From assembly GCA_963724765.1 (NCBI GenBank), contig CAVRVY010000003.1:32001-96000 (forward strand): a DNA stretch of 64,000 nt. Reading direction: 5' to 3'. Source of the stretch: an uncultured delta proteobacterium (GTDB lineage: Bacteria; Desulfobacterota; Binatia; Binatales; Binataceae). Position 1 is the first letter of the stretch. Each line of letters begins with the position of its first letter. Below are positions 1 to 10,261 of this stretch, piece after piece. The notes below the pieces were generated by a model that saw nothing but the letters and a program-made list of their open reading frames with translations, was not told where the DNA came from and ran no database searches. Both the position numbers and the translations under genes were made by a program.

Positions 1-566
1 GACGTGGTTTCCGCGCCTACTGGCGCTGGAAGTCCCGCCACGTCGGCGGCCGGCCACGGATCGATACCGAGCTTCGAGCGCTGATCCGGCGGATGAGCCG
101 CGAGAACCCGCTGTGGGGCGCACCGCGGATCCACGGCGAATTGTTGATGCTTGGCATCGAAGTCGCTGAATCAACCGTCGGCAGGTATATGGTCCGGCGC
201 CGCCGACCACCGTCCCAAGGTTGGAGGCCTTTCCTGCGCAATCACGCTGCCGGCATCGCTTCGCTGGATCTGTTCGTCGTACGCACCATCTCGTTCAAGC
301 TGCTCTACGGTTTGGTGATCCTGCGTCACGCCCGCAGGCGGCTCGTAACAATCAGCGTCACTTCCAATCCGACCACCGAATGGATCGCAGGTCAGGTGAC
401 GGACGCGTTTCCCTGGGACGAAGCGCCGCGTCACCTGATTCGCGACCGCGACGGGGCCTTCGGCCCAGCCTACACCCAGCGCATTCGGGCAATGGGGATC
501 CGTGATCATCCGACTGCGCCGCGCTCACCGTGGCAGAACGGCCACGTCGAGCGCCTCATCGGCTGA
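1..566 (+). mobile_element. IS481/IS3-like integrase-core (rve) transposase, cut by the window start and 3'-truncated
   Basis: Frame reads RENPLWGAPRIHGELL...DLFVV...LIRDRD...PRSPWQNGHVERLIG then stops abruptly. Near-identical to the full copy at 25088-26122. Confidence 0.9.
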
Positions 567-1000
567 GAGACCGCCATCCAGCGGCTGCCGGTGATCAGGT
601 GCGCGACTTCGGAGAGCGAACGATACCGCTTTCCGCGAAACAGTACTCCCCTCTCCAGCACCGTGACCTGATGATCGACACCACCCCATTTGCGAAGCAG
701 CACGGTACCCGCCGTGAGTTTGCGCACCGGCGCAACTTTCACGGGCCTTCGTGCATGAGCATCATCGTCGGCGACGCGCTCGAGCAGGCGGCGGGTGGAT
801 GGTTTGAGACCGCCGAGCGCACGTTCTTGCAGCCGATATGCCGCCGCGTATCTCAGCAAATCCGGCTTCATCCGCGCCGGCGCTTCGGTTCCGTATACCG
901 TCTTCCAACGCACTTTCAGTTCAGTGTTGTTGAGGGCACTGAGCTGTCCGATTTCAGCGATAAGTTTTTGGCGATCAGCCTCTGCGACATGACGCTTCAT
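567..1000 (-). pseudogene. DUF2924-domain protein, 3' end lost at the IS junction
   Basis: ELKVRWKTVYG...LLRYAAAYRLQERALGGL...GTVLLRKWGGVDHQVTV...FRGKRYRSLSEVAHLITGSRW matches the DUF2924 pattern. The usual tail is replaced by IS sequence. Confidence 0.8.
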
Positions 1001-1585
1001 GACTGCCCACCCTCCCGCGCGGGCAGTCACCACACATCGCTCTGTCCCCCATCTAAAGCCAGTCGGAAAGACCCAAGGAGATTCACCTATTCGCGCTGCT
1101 GAGGCGAAGGTATTTGGCTTCGATTCCGTTCCGCTCTTACTTCGGATCGATGGCGGACTTGCCGGGTGTCTTTTAAGCTCGGATTTCGGCTATGGGCCTC
1201 GCCAAAGATTCGCCCGCGCGACGGCGCCAACGGGGGTTGTCGGAACGCTGTCGCCAATCTTAGGCGATTGGGCACCGGGTCAATGAGCGACAGAGAGAAT
1301 TCCGAATTTAAGCCCTTAGGAGAGTCCTTCGATCGTGCTCTCCGGTCCCCATCGAGTTGCAGAAGACCCCGCACGCGCGCGAATTTCGAACAATTCTCCA
1401 GAGAATGCATATCATCAAGAGACTGCGTGGCGGATGACGCAGTCTGATACGAACTAGTCTCTGGGCGAGACGGCAGTTTATGCCATGCGGCGGTTTATGG
1501 GAAAACGTACCGGAGTTTATAAACTGTGCCCGAGTTTATGCCCTCGGGCGAAGGGGACGCGAAGGGCTAAATGGGGCAATTTTGG

Positions 1586-2230
1586 TCATTTGGAGGCCTT
1601 CTCCTCCTCTTCGACCTTCGTCGCGCTAACCTCGATCGATGGAGCTTCGAGACCAGCGGCTTCAGCCAACTCCTCGACTCTTAGACCGTGTTGAAGCAGG
1701 AGGGTCATCGCCTCTTTGAAAAGCGCCACCGATTGCTCCTTCGGCAGTACTGACGACCAACTAGGTCCAGGCGCAACCCTGACCTCGATCTCAGCCGACT
1801 TGTAACCGTTTATCGCGGCCTTATGGGCGAGCACGCTAACCGCGGCTCTCACGCTTTGCGGATCGCCTTGCCGAATGCCAGGTGTCAGGAAGAGGTACAT
1901 CTCTTCGCAGCGATCGGTATCAAAGCACCGCATCTCATTGGCTTCGAGGGTGGGAGCTCGCCGGAGCGCCCTCTTTACGGCCTTATTACAACCCATCGCA
2001 GTGATCTGGTAATCATGCGGGAAGTGGATGCCTTCCGGAAGTGGGGTCACCGGCACTTTTTGCCCACGGCCCACCTGCGTAATCTGCTCCGCGATAGCCT
2101 CGTAGCTGAAGCCGTTTCGTTTCAGGCGCATCGCCTCCATTTCAACCCATTGTGCACGCAGAGTATCTGCGGACACCACGGTAGGTTTGTTGTGATTACG
2201 GAAACGGCCGTCCGAATTTCGCGTCGGCAT
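1586..2230 (-). CDS. Hypothetical HTH protein, possible terminase small-subunit-like
   Basis: GFSYEAIAEQI helix-turn-helix-like segment. Third gene of a tightly packed operon with the methylase and terminase (2-bp gap). Confidence 0.5.
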   Translation of the reverse strand: MPTRNSDGRFRNHNKPTVVSADTLRAQWVEMEAMRLKRNGFSYEAIAEQITQVGRGQKVPVTPLPEGIHFPHDYQITAMGCNKAVKRALRRAPTLEANEMRCFDTDRCEEMYLFLTPGIRQGDPQSVRAAVSVLAHKAAINGYKSAEIEVRVAPGPSWSSVLPKEQSVALFKEAMTLLLQHGLRVEELAEAAGLEAPSIEVSATKVEEEEKASK

Positions 2231-2232
2231 GA

Positions 2233-3486
2233 CTAATTTCTCAGCTCCGGCTTCAATCCAAGTAAAGCCAACCTCTCGAGTCCAACCGCGACATAACTCG
2301 GATCCACCTCGCAGCCGTAACCAACTCGCTTCAACTGGGCCGCGGCCAGGAGCGTCGAACCGCTTCCACAGAAGGGGTCATAAATTATCTCGTTGGGTCG
2401 GCTGCTGTTCTGGATCATGTCGGCGATCAGTGCGACCGGCTTGGTGGTCGGATGGAGTGAACTGAGCGAAGGTTTGTCGATTTCGAAGACCGAACTCTGC
2501 CTTCGGTCCGGCACAAAATAGTGCCGCCCGTTTTCGAGCCACCCGTACAGGACGGACTCGTGCCGGTGCTGATAGTCCGACATGCCTAAAACAAAGTGAT
2601 GCTTGACCCAGACCAGCAGGTGCTTGAACGAGAAGCCCGAGTCATTGAACGCTCTTATGAAGAACGGCAGCGCTGCACCGGACGGCACATTGGCGTAGCA
2701 GGCTGCGCCTCTGCTGGCGAACGACAATGCCTGCTTTAGTGAGTCACGAAATAGTCCGCTGACTTCCTCGGGCGGCAGTGCGTCATTCTCGATCGGTTTC
2801 TGGATGCGATTCCCGCGATCGCTTCGGTTGAGCAGCTCATTCTTAGCGGCGTAATCGATGCCGTACGGCGGATCACACCAGATCGCCCGAAATTTCTGAC
2901 CGCCCTCCCAGAGCCGGCCGACCGTCGGCGGATCGCAGGAATCGCCGCAAACGATCCGATGCGGTCCGACCTCCCACAGTTGTCCCCTGGCCGTGCCGTA
3001 TTTGCTGCGCAGTTCATCGGCTTTGTCGATCTGGGGTTCGGGATCGGCCAGATCCCCTAGTTCCTGAAGGAGTAGGCCCTCCTTAGCCCGGATCCCGTCG
3101 AGCAAAGCCAAAACTCCTGGGTCGTCCGATCGAACTGTGTCCAACAAGTCATTGAGGCGCTGATTGTCGGCCGTGGCCATGGCGGCCAGCGGGTCCAGAG
3201 TGAGCAGCAGACGGTCTGCCTGTTGCTCATTGAGATCGAGGACGAGCACCGGGACCTCCTCGTCCGGCATCGTCTCGGCACGAAGGTGTCCATCAATCAG
3301 CTGCAGGCGTCCGTCGGGAAGCTCTCGGGCCAAAAGAGCATCTGCGATCCCGATCTCGTCCAGCAGTCCGCGCAGGGCATCGGCCTGAACCTTGGGATGC
3401 CGTCGCCAATTCTTGGGGTTGGGTACCAGCTCTCTGGCCCGCACCCGTCTCAGCTCCACTACTCGGTCGCGAATCTCCATGGCCAC
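2233..3486 (-). CDS. ParB-like N-terminal domain fused to an N4/N6 DNA methyltransferase (phage type)
   Basis: PKNWRRHP and LIDGHLR ParB/Srx-like motifs. Catalytic DPPY precedes HPTTKP and DPFCGSGS (SAM binding), i.e. beta-class order. Confidence 0.9.
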   Translation of the reverse strand: MAMEIRDRVVELRRVRARELVPNPKNWRRHPKVQADALRGLLDEIGIADALLARELPDGRLQLIDGHLRAETMPDEEVPVLVLDLNEQQADRLLLTLDPLAAMATADNQRLNDLLDTVRSDDPGVLALLDGIRAKEGLLLQELGDLADPEPQIDKADELRSKYGTARGQLWEVGPHRIVCGDSCDPPTVGRLWEGGQKFRAIWCDPPYGIDYAAKNELLNRSDRGNRIQKPIENDALPPEEVSGLFRDSLKQALSFASRGAACYANVPSGAALPFFIRAFNDSGFSFKHLLVWVKHHFVLGMSDYQHRHESVLYGWLENGRHYFVPDRRQSSVFEIDKPSLSSLHPTTKPVALIADMIQNSSRPNEIIYDPFCGSGSTLLAAAQLKRVGYGCEVDPSYVAVGLERLALLGLKPELRN

Positions 3487-3518
3487 CTCCGATGGTCAAC
3501 CCGCCTTCGATTTGATCG

Positions 3519-4817
3519 TCACCACGCCCCTGGTCCAAACCGCCGCAAGCCCGTGCGAATCCGCAAATCCTCGTCAAAGCGTCCATCTGTCCACCGCGAC
3601 AGAACGCCATCCCGGGGTACTGGCGTATAGGCGTATTCCCGGCGATGCGAGGCCACGTAGTTGAAAGCGCTGGAGGCCGCATCCCATTGATCATCATGAT
3701 CGTAGAGCTTCTCATCCGGACCCGCCTGCTCGAGCTCATCGACGAAATCCTTGTTCCACTTGCCGCGCACCAGCTTGATGTTGCCCGCCTGCGCGGCCGA
3801 GCTCATGGGCAGCGCGCGAGTGTACTTATCGCCGGTGGGGTGCTCGACCTCAAGCGGGCTGCCCTGGAGGCGGACGACGTCGATAACATAGAAGATCCCG
3901 CTGCGTGCCATCGCCATCAGCACCCCCACGCTCCAGTCACCGCCATCCCGGGTCGCAGCGTCGTCCCACGCTCGTACGACGCCAAATACGTCGCGCGGCC
4001 AGTCGTCCACGATCGCGAACCATTCACGGCGAAATAGGTTGCCGCTCGGCGTAATCTCCCAGTCGCCCTCGAGCAGCTGGCGCCTGCGTACCGCGTCGAG
4101 GTTGGCCAATGAGGCCAGATATTCCTGGCTACGGATGTGTGGATTGTCCTGGATGCGTGCTGGGAGGAAGAACCGTTCGGGAAAATCGCGCTGCAGCAGT
4201 TCGGACGGCTGGCCGATCATGAAGCGTGTCTTGACCCAGTCGTGACCCCTGTTGCCCGGGTTGGATGCCGAACGCATCCGGAGCGGCACCGGGTTGTCCC
4301 TGGTCGTGCGCAGTCGTGAGAATAGATAGGTGTACTGCCGCTCCCTAAAGCTGGTTAGTTCATCGAAGCCGATGTACTGAAATTCGGAGGAGTCGTACTG
4401 ATAAACATCATCCTCTGAATCGAGATTGCCGAAAGTGATCGTAGCCCCCGACGGAAAGGTGAAGCGCTTGTCGGCGTTGTTCCACACCGCGTCGGTGTTC
4501 GCTAGCCACTGACGCGCCCGGTTCATGATCGAGTTCGACTGGTTGAGTTGGCGGAAAGTGCGCCGCAGCAGCAGCGCGCTGTAGCGCGGCTGTTCGACCA
4601 GTTGCAGGGCACCCATCAGCAGACCGTCGGTCTTGCCAGGACCTGCGGCGCCGCCGAAGAAGGCTTCGCTACGTGGACACAGCAGAAAAGCCAGCTGCTT
4701 CGGGGTCGGTACGTGAGGACAGTAGCGCTTGGGCGGAAGCGTCAGCTGCGCGTCTAGTTCCATGTTGACCGGGAGATTGTCAGTAGAAAATCGATCGCGC
4801 TGAGATTTTCTGCTCAT
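3519..4817 (-). CDS. Phage terminase large subunit (Terminase_6-like), probably with an internal deletion in the nuclease domain
   Basis: Walker A GGAAGPGKT, Walker B YIGFDELT, SASNPG coupling motif, RAWD and HDDQWDA nuclease motifs. Confidence 0.85.
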   Translation of the reverse strand: MSRKSQRDRFSTDNLPVNMELDAQLTLPPKRYCPHVPTPKQLAFLLCPRSEAFFGGAAGPGKTDGLLMGALQLVEQPRYSALLLRRTFRQLNQSNSIMNRARQWLANTDAVWNNADKRFTFPSGATITFGNLDSEDDVYQYDSSEFQYIGFDELTSFRERQYTYLFSRLRTTRDNPVPLRMRSASNPGNRGHDWVKTRFMIGQPSELLQRDFPERFFLPARIQDNPHIRSQEYLASLANLDAVRRRQLLEGDWEITPSGNLFRREWFAIVDDWPRDVFGVVRAWDDAATRDGGDWSVGVLMAMARSGIFYVIDVVRLQGSPLEVEHPTGDKYTRALPMSSAAQAGNIKLVRGKWNKDFVDELEQAGPDEKLYDHDDQWDAASSAFNYVASHRREYAYTPVPRDGVLSRWTDGRFDEDLRIRTGLRRFGPGAW

Positions 4818-5093
4818 CGTAATGAAGCCTCCAGATCATCTAGTTCGGAAAATGCAGGTTCCTTCGGTCCTCAGCGGTTGGTGACCACCCTAGTCGCGGA
4901 GATGACCACTGCTTGCTCGACCTTTGGTATCACACGCTTCCTCAAAAACCGGCTTGCGCCACGAGATTCCCCGTGGTGGTGTGAGTTTCCGGGAACGCAC
5001 CACAAAGCTGCGCAGGCGAGATTCGAGAAACTATTGGGGAGCGATCTTCTCGACTAGTCCCTGGAACTAGGACCTAGCCAGAAGCTTTTTCAA

Positions 5094-5930
5094 TCAAACG
5101 AATTGCTTCGGCGCTTTATATGTCCTTAGAGCTGCCATTTCGTCGTCGGTCAGTCTCCGGGCAGAAAGCAGTGGGACGCTTGGATCGAAAATCTTCTCTG
5201 GCAACGAGTAGATCTCATCCTTGGAGATCAGGGCCTGACGCTGACCGTGTGGCCGGAAAGTGGTCACAAACTGCTCAACGGATCTGGCGACCAGGCAGAA
5301 TGTGCCAAACACGTCATCCTCGTAAATCGCGGGCGGCTTGAGCCAATACTCCATGAAATCTCGGGAGAGTTCATCTTCATAGTGGTGACTCTCGGTGGTG
5401 ACGTATGCCGCGCAGAGGTGAGCGACGGGCTTAAACCGCCGCCAAGCTTCTTTCAGACTGGACTCGTAGACGCTCGGAAACCCGAATTGCCTAAGACCCG
5501 CGTTGCGTTCCTCATCTTTGCCTTCGGTTCCACGGAGCACATAAATGGCCTTATTCAAGCTCGCGCCGACTTGAGGATGATGTTCGTTGATTGAAAATAT
5601 CAGGCAGACCAACTTACCCGTATAAACGATCCCGAACCAGCGGCGTGTCCACTCCTGCTCGAGTGCATCTGCAGAGGGTGAGTCCGTCAGTGCTATAGCG
5701 CTGCCTATAACTCCGCCTAAAGGCTTGAGGAAATCACTGAACAACTTGTCCCTCACCCATGCGGATGGATCAGCAAGAGCCCGGGCGCGTTCCTCCGCTG
5801 ACTTGAATTCGACCCCGCTCAGAACCCGTGTTTGAGCTTCCTTCTTCTTCTCAGCAAACATCCCGGAATACCAATCGGCCAGTTTCGTCCTGAAGGTGAC
5901 CTCACCTGCGGTGGGGTGTGCCGCACCGAC
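5094..5930 (-). CDS. Hypothetical protein, N-terminus replaced by IS3 sequence
   Basis: Long open frame co-oriented with the terminase operon. The first ~25 codons of ORF 5094-6005 lie inside the IS3 remnant. Confidence 0.5.
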   Translation of the reverse strand, partial: VGAAHPTAGEVTFRTKLADWYSGMFAEKKKEAQTRVLSGVEFKSAEERARALADPSAWVRDKLFSDFLKPLGGVIGSAIALTDSPSADALEQEWTRRWFGIVYTGKLVCLIFSINEHHPQVGASLNKAIYVLRGTEGKDEERNAGLRQFGFPSVYESSLKEAWRRFKPVAHLCAAYVTTESHHYEDELSRDFMEYWLKPPAIYEDDVFGTFCLVARSVEQFVTTFRPHGQRQALISKDEIYSLPEKIFDPSVPLLSARRLTDDEMAALRTYKAPKQFV

Positions 5931-5934
5931 AACA

Positions 5935-6445
5935 ACGACTGCTCGACCAGCCGGATGATTTCCAGCTTCTCGGCGGCCGGGTATCTCATGTATCGGACTC
6001 CCCATCCCCGAGCACGCTTTTTTTCAGCAGGCGGTTCTCCATCATCAGCTCGGCCAAAAGCTCCTTGAGCTGATGCGTCTCCGCGCGCAGGCCCTTTACT
6101 TCGTCGCTGGTCGCCTCGCGCGCGGTATCACCCGCCAGCCGCTTCTTGCCGGCCTCCAGGAAGTCCTTCGACCAGCGGTAATAGAGGTTCTGGTTGATGC
6201 CTTCCTTGCGGCATAGCTCAGCGACGCTGTCTTCGCCGCGCAGACCCGCTATCACGATGCGGACCTTCTCCTCCGCCGAGAACTGCCGCCGCGTCGCCCG
6301 CCGAATATCGCGAACCCTCTTCTCCGTCTCGTCCGCGTGCGTCTCCATTTTGGATCTCATCTCCGTCCTTTCGCGGTTACGATGAGCCCTAAACCCTCTC
6401 TTCCTCAATCACGCCCTTTTGTCCAACTTGTGCTGACGGGGAACA
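5935..6445 (-). mobile_element. IS3-family left part: left end, orfA (HTH) and start of orfB
   Basis: OrfA RRQFSAEEKVRIVIAGLRGEDSVAELCRKEGI...WSKDFLEAGKKRL. Overlapping orfB start MRYPAAEKLEIIRLVEQS is then cut. Minus-strand end TGTTCCCCGTCAGCACAAGTTGGACA at 6445. Confidence 0.85.
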
Positions 6446-6574
6446 ATCAGAATTAGAAGTAAATCTGCATCAAATTGATACGCGAAATTCAAGCGCGCGG
6501 AGCGCCGCGGCTTGCCCGCCGCGCGTCCGGCGCGCCAATCTGATTGCAGCGCTGGCAACGCGGGCCAAAGGAGT

Positions 6575-7819
6575 ATGAGCATGGGGAAGATTTCGTACCG
6601 GGTCAGGCCGGAAACAGCGGTTCTGACCAAGGGATTCGATCCGCAGTTATCGGTCGGATCGGCCAGGCCTCCGGTCTATCGCAGCTCGACCTATGTATTC
6701 TCAAGCCCCGAGGCCGCCGAGCGCGCCTTCGGCATCGTGCTCGGCCGCGTCCGACCGAGCGCCGAGGAGAGCCCGGACCTGATCTATGCCCGGCTCAACC
6801 ATCCGAATGCTGAGATCCTGGAGGATCAGCTTGTACCGCTGGAGCGAGGCGCCGCCGCAGCGGCGGTGTTCAATTCAGGAATGGCGGCGATCTTCACTGT
6901 CCTGATCGGGTTTCTCGAACAGGGCGGCTCGCTGATATACACCCAGCCACTTTACGGCGGCACCCAGCACCTGATTCACCAGGTTATCGAACCGCTGGGA
7001 TTCGCGGTGCGGCCTGTTGCAGCGGGCGACACGCGGGCGCTTACCAAAACGATAGCGCAGACCGACAATGTCAGGCTCGTGTTGATCGAGACGCCCTCTA
7101 ATCCGACGCTCACCATGACCGATATCGCCGCCGCGGCTTCCGCCGTCCAGCGACACCCCAAGCGTCCGCTGCTCGCAGTGGATAACACCCTCTTGGGGCC
7201 GACATTTCAGCATCCCATCGTTCACGGCGTCGATCTGGTCATCTACTCGGCGACGAAGTTTCTCGGCGGTTTCAGCGACTTGCTGGCGGGCGTCGTGATG
7301 GCGGCCGACCCGGAACTTATCCAGAGCCTGCGCGGCTTGCGCGCGATGCTCGGCAACATTCTTCAGGCCGATGAATGTTGGATGCTCAACTCGCGCCTCT
7401 CGACGGTGGCCCTGCGGATGAACCGGCAGAGCAAGAACGCGCAGAGAATCGCCGAACGTCTGGTGGATCATCCGCGGGTAAAACGGGTTTTATACCCATC
7501 CTTGTTCAAGGACGCCGAGCAAATCAGGATTCGAGATAGCCAGACTGACTATCCAGGCTCGCTGCTATCGCTCGTGCTCAACGGCGGAAAGAGTGGAGCG
7601 TTCGATTTCCTCCGCAATCTGCGGATTGGAAGGAACGCCGTCAGCTTGGGCGGCGTAGAGACCCTAGCCTGTCATCCGATGACAACAACGCACAGCGAGC
7701 TCAGTCCGGCAGAACTGGCGACGGCCGGCATAACTGACGACCTAGTGCGAATCTCGGTGGGGACAGAGCATTGGCGCGATCTTCTCGACGACTTTACGCA
7801 CGCCCTAGGCGGCGGATGA
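6575..7819 (+). CDS. Cys/Met metabolism PLP-dependent enzyme (cystathionine gamma-synthase / methionine gamma-lyase family)
   Basis: YARLNHPN, FNSGMAAI, ETPSNPT, VDNT, YSATKFLGG (PLP lysine), AVSLGGVETL. AAAGGAG RBS before ATG 6575. Confidence 0.9.
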   Translation: MSMGKISYRVRPETAVLTKGFDPQLSVGSARPPVYRSSTYVFSSPEAAERAFGIVLGRVRPSAEESPDLIYARLNHPNAEILEDQLVPLERGAAAAAVFNSGMAAIFTVLIGFLEQGGSLIYTQPLYGGTQHLIHQVIEPLGFAVRPVAAGDTRALTKTIAQTDNVRLVLIETPSNPTLTMTDIAAAASAVQRHPKRPLLAVDNTLLGPTFQHPIVHGVDLVIYSATKFLGGFSDLLAGVVMAADPELIQSLRGLRAMLGNILQADECWMLNSRLSTVALRMNRQSKNAQRIAERLVDHPRVKRVLYPSLFKDAEQIRIRDSQTDYPGSLLSLVLNGGKSGAFDFLRNLRIGRNAVSLGGVETLACHPMTTTHSELSPAELATAGITDDLVRISVGTEHWRDLLDDFTHALGGG

Positions 7820-8100
7820 GCTGGGCTCAGTATCGTTGCTCGAGCACGCGATGCCGACGCCGCCTGACGAATATCTATCGGCGAGAGACCAAGGCTCGTC
7901 GGTGTGCCCGATCGAACCATCGAAATGAAGTGCGAAACCCGGTTACCTACTCCCCCGCGCCGCCCCGTCAGCGATGGTGTAGGCCCGCTCATCATGGAGT
8001 AAACAGATATCGCTGGGTCGGTACCGGCTGACCCGTCACGGCTATTGAGAACTGGAGACGTAGGGTATCGGATAAGACGACGCATCGGCTGGTTGACGAA

Positions 8101-9165
8101 TCAGCCTTTACCGATCACATACTTCGCAAAATCCGCGATCACTTTCGGCGCTCCCGCGCGAGTGCCGCCGTGCACCGCGATCTGCTTCACCCCCATGCGG
8201 CGCATCGCCTTGACCCTTTTCACTAGCTCTTCCGGGGTGCCGGTCAATGTCGTTTCCTTGAGGATATTCTCATTGACCAGAGGCGCGTGCTCCTGTTTGA
8301 ACTCGTGCACGTAGCCTGAATAGAGATCAAGATGGCGCGTTTCGATTGGGGCATCAGGGGTGCGATAAGCGTCGCGGAATCTCATCATGTCGTCCCGGAT
8401 GTCAGCGGGAAGGTCATTGGGATCCTTCACCGATAGAGCGAAGATGTTGCACTCGGAGGTGACGTAGGAGCCGACCGCTTCCTGCATCTCGGCGAGCTTT
8501 TCCCCCGGCTTTGCCACGTGGAATGCGGTCAGCACGCAGATGTACAGATCCTGGAAACGCTTCCCCGCGCGCTCGGCACCGCGCCGGATGTGGCTCATGG
8601 CGTATTCCAGCAGGCTGTCCCCCACGGCGCCGAACAGGATTACGCCGTCGCCGATTTCGCCTGCCAATTCCAGCGTTTTAGGTCCGCTGGCGGCGACATA
8701 GATGGGCACCTTTTTCTTCAGGTTGATCCATCCGCCAGTCGGATTGAGGAATCGAATCATCCGCCGCCGGCCGGCTTCCTCATAGGGCACCGTCTGCCCG
8801 CCGAGCAATCCGCGACAGATATCCACGTGCTCGCGAAGCTCCGAGAGTTTCGCCGCAGGCATACCAAGCGTGCGCCTGGCCGTATTGCCAGTGCCGATAC
8901 CCATGATCGCCCTTCCCGGAGCGAGCAGGTTCAGAGTCGCGAAATTGTTGGCGGTCACCGGCGCGATCCGCGAGAGCGGATTGGTCACGTTGGTGCCAAG
9001 TTTGATCTTCTTGGTCTTAGCCGCGCACAGCGCCAGGCACTGAAACACGTCGGCGCAGATCATCTGGGTGTCGTACAGCCAGGCGTGGGTGAAACCTTTT
9101 CTCTCGGCCAGCACCACATCTTTGTGAATATCGACCGCAGAAAGAAACGCGAAGCCGTAGTCCAT
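8101..9165 (-). CDS. LLM-class flavin/F420-dependent oxidoreductase
   Basis: KIKLGTNVTNP, APGRAIMGIGTG, PIYVAASGPKTLELAGEIGDG luciferase-like motifs. Confidence 0.9.
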   Translation of the reverse strand: MDYGFAFLSAVDIHKDVVLAERKGFTHAWLYDTQMICADVFQCLALCAAKTKKIKLGTNVTNPLSRIAPVTANNFATLNLLAPGRAIMGIGTGNTARRTLGMPAAKLSELREHVDICRGLLGGQTVPYEEAGRRRMIRFLNPTGGWINLKKKVPIYVAASGPKTLELAGEIGDGVILFGAVGDSLLEYAMSHIRRGAERAGKRFQDLYICVLTAFHVAKPGEKLAEMQEAVGSYVTSECNIFALSVKDPNDLPADIRDDMMRFRDAYRTPDAPIETRHLDLYSGYVHEFKQEHAPLVNENILKETTLTGTPEELVKRVKAMRRMGVKQIAVHGGTRAGAPKVIADFAKYVIGKG

Positions 9166-9261
9166 CTTTGCCTCTCTCCTAGACGCGCTGTTGCGGAATT
9201 TTCCTTCTGTGTCTCGACGCTCACCGGCGTCTAGTACAAAACAACATGCTTTCGCAAAATC

Positions 9262-10239
9262 TCACTCGTGCCACACGCGCTTGAGGTACGACACCCAATT
9301 GAGTCCCATTATCTTCTCGATACGAGCGGCGGGCCATCGGTGCCGTTCAAGGGCTGCCGTGAGGTTCGGCGTCTGCTCGATTCTCTCGAAGCCTTTGGGA
9401 TTTTCGATCTTCCCCCACTGGGCCAGTGGACGCCAAAGTCCCTTGTCCCGCACCGCCCATTGGAACCACGCCGGGTCCGATTCGAAACCCTGAATGGAGT
9501 CTGTCCCGAAACCGACCTGGTCCTCACCACAAACGTTTACCATCCACTCAATGATCTCAGCATAATCGTCGACCGTCGATTCGCTCCCCTTGGGTAGAAA
9601 GGGCGGAAACATCGTGACGCTCACCAAACCCCCGCGATCGGCGACCGCCTTGAGCTGGCGAGTTTCCTTGTTGCGTGGATGCGCCTTGAGCTCGGCTGGG
9701 AGCACGTGAGAAAAAACCACCGGGTCTTTGGAAAACTCTATCGTATCGTCGGTGGTCTTAGACCCGACATGCGAGAGGTCCACCGCGATTCCGACGCGAT
9801 TCATCTCGGCCACCACTTCGCGGCCGAAATCCGACAGCCCTGAATCGTGCGATTCATAGCAGCCGGAGCCGATGTAGTTCTGTGTGTTGTACGTGAGCTG
9901 AATAATTCCGACCCCGAGTTGCTTGAACAAGGCTAGGTAGTCGAGCCGATCCTCGATTGGTGAGCCGTTCTGAAAGCCCAGGATGATACCGGTGCGGCGG
10001 CTGGCCTTGGCGGCGGCAATGTCCCGTGTGTGGCGGATCGGCATGATCAGATCGGAGTGGTGGTCGAACCACTGATACCACTGCGCAAGGATGTCGAGGG
10101 TCTTGCGCGTTCCTTCCCAGGCGATACAGGTCGCGTTGACGGCGGTAAGCCCACCCGCACGCATCGCCTTGAACACCTCGGGTCCCCATTTCGCAGCGAC
10201 GAGCCCGTCGACCACGGTGATCTGCTCATGAACATCCAT
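9262..10239 (-). CDS. Membrane (renal-type, M19) dipeptidase family protein
   Basis: QLTYNTQN, DSGLSDFGREVVAEMNRVGIAVDLSH, FSH, HPRNK, GFGTD, KIMGLNW. Confidence 0.9.
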   Translation of the reverse strand: MDVHEQITVVDGLVAAKWGPEVFKAMRAGGLTAVNATCIAWEGTRKTLDILAQWYQWFDHHSDLIMPIRHTRDIAAAKASRRTGIILGFQNGSPIEDRLDYLALFKQLGVGIIQLTYNTQNYIGSGCYESHDSGLSDFGREVVAEMNRVGIAVDLSHVGSKTTDDTIEFSKDPVVFSHVLPAELKAHPRNKETRQLKAVADRGGLVSVTMFPPFLPKGSESTVDDYAEIIEWMVNVCGEDQVGFGTDSIQGFESDPAWFQWAVRDKGLWRPLAQWGKIENPKGFERIEQTPNLTAALERHRWPAARIEKIMGLNWVSYLKRVWHE

Positions 10240-10261
10240 CGCTTCGCTCCTTCTGCGCGCG

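Noticed and set aside
2233-3486. Restriction-modification system
   Set aside because: No endonuclease nearby; the ParB fusion and terminase context indicate a phage-type orphan methylase.
1586-4817. Intact prophage
   Set aside because: No portal, capsid, tail, lysis or intact integrase genes in the window.
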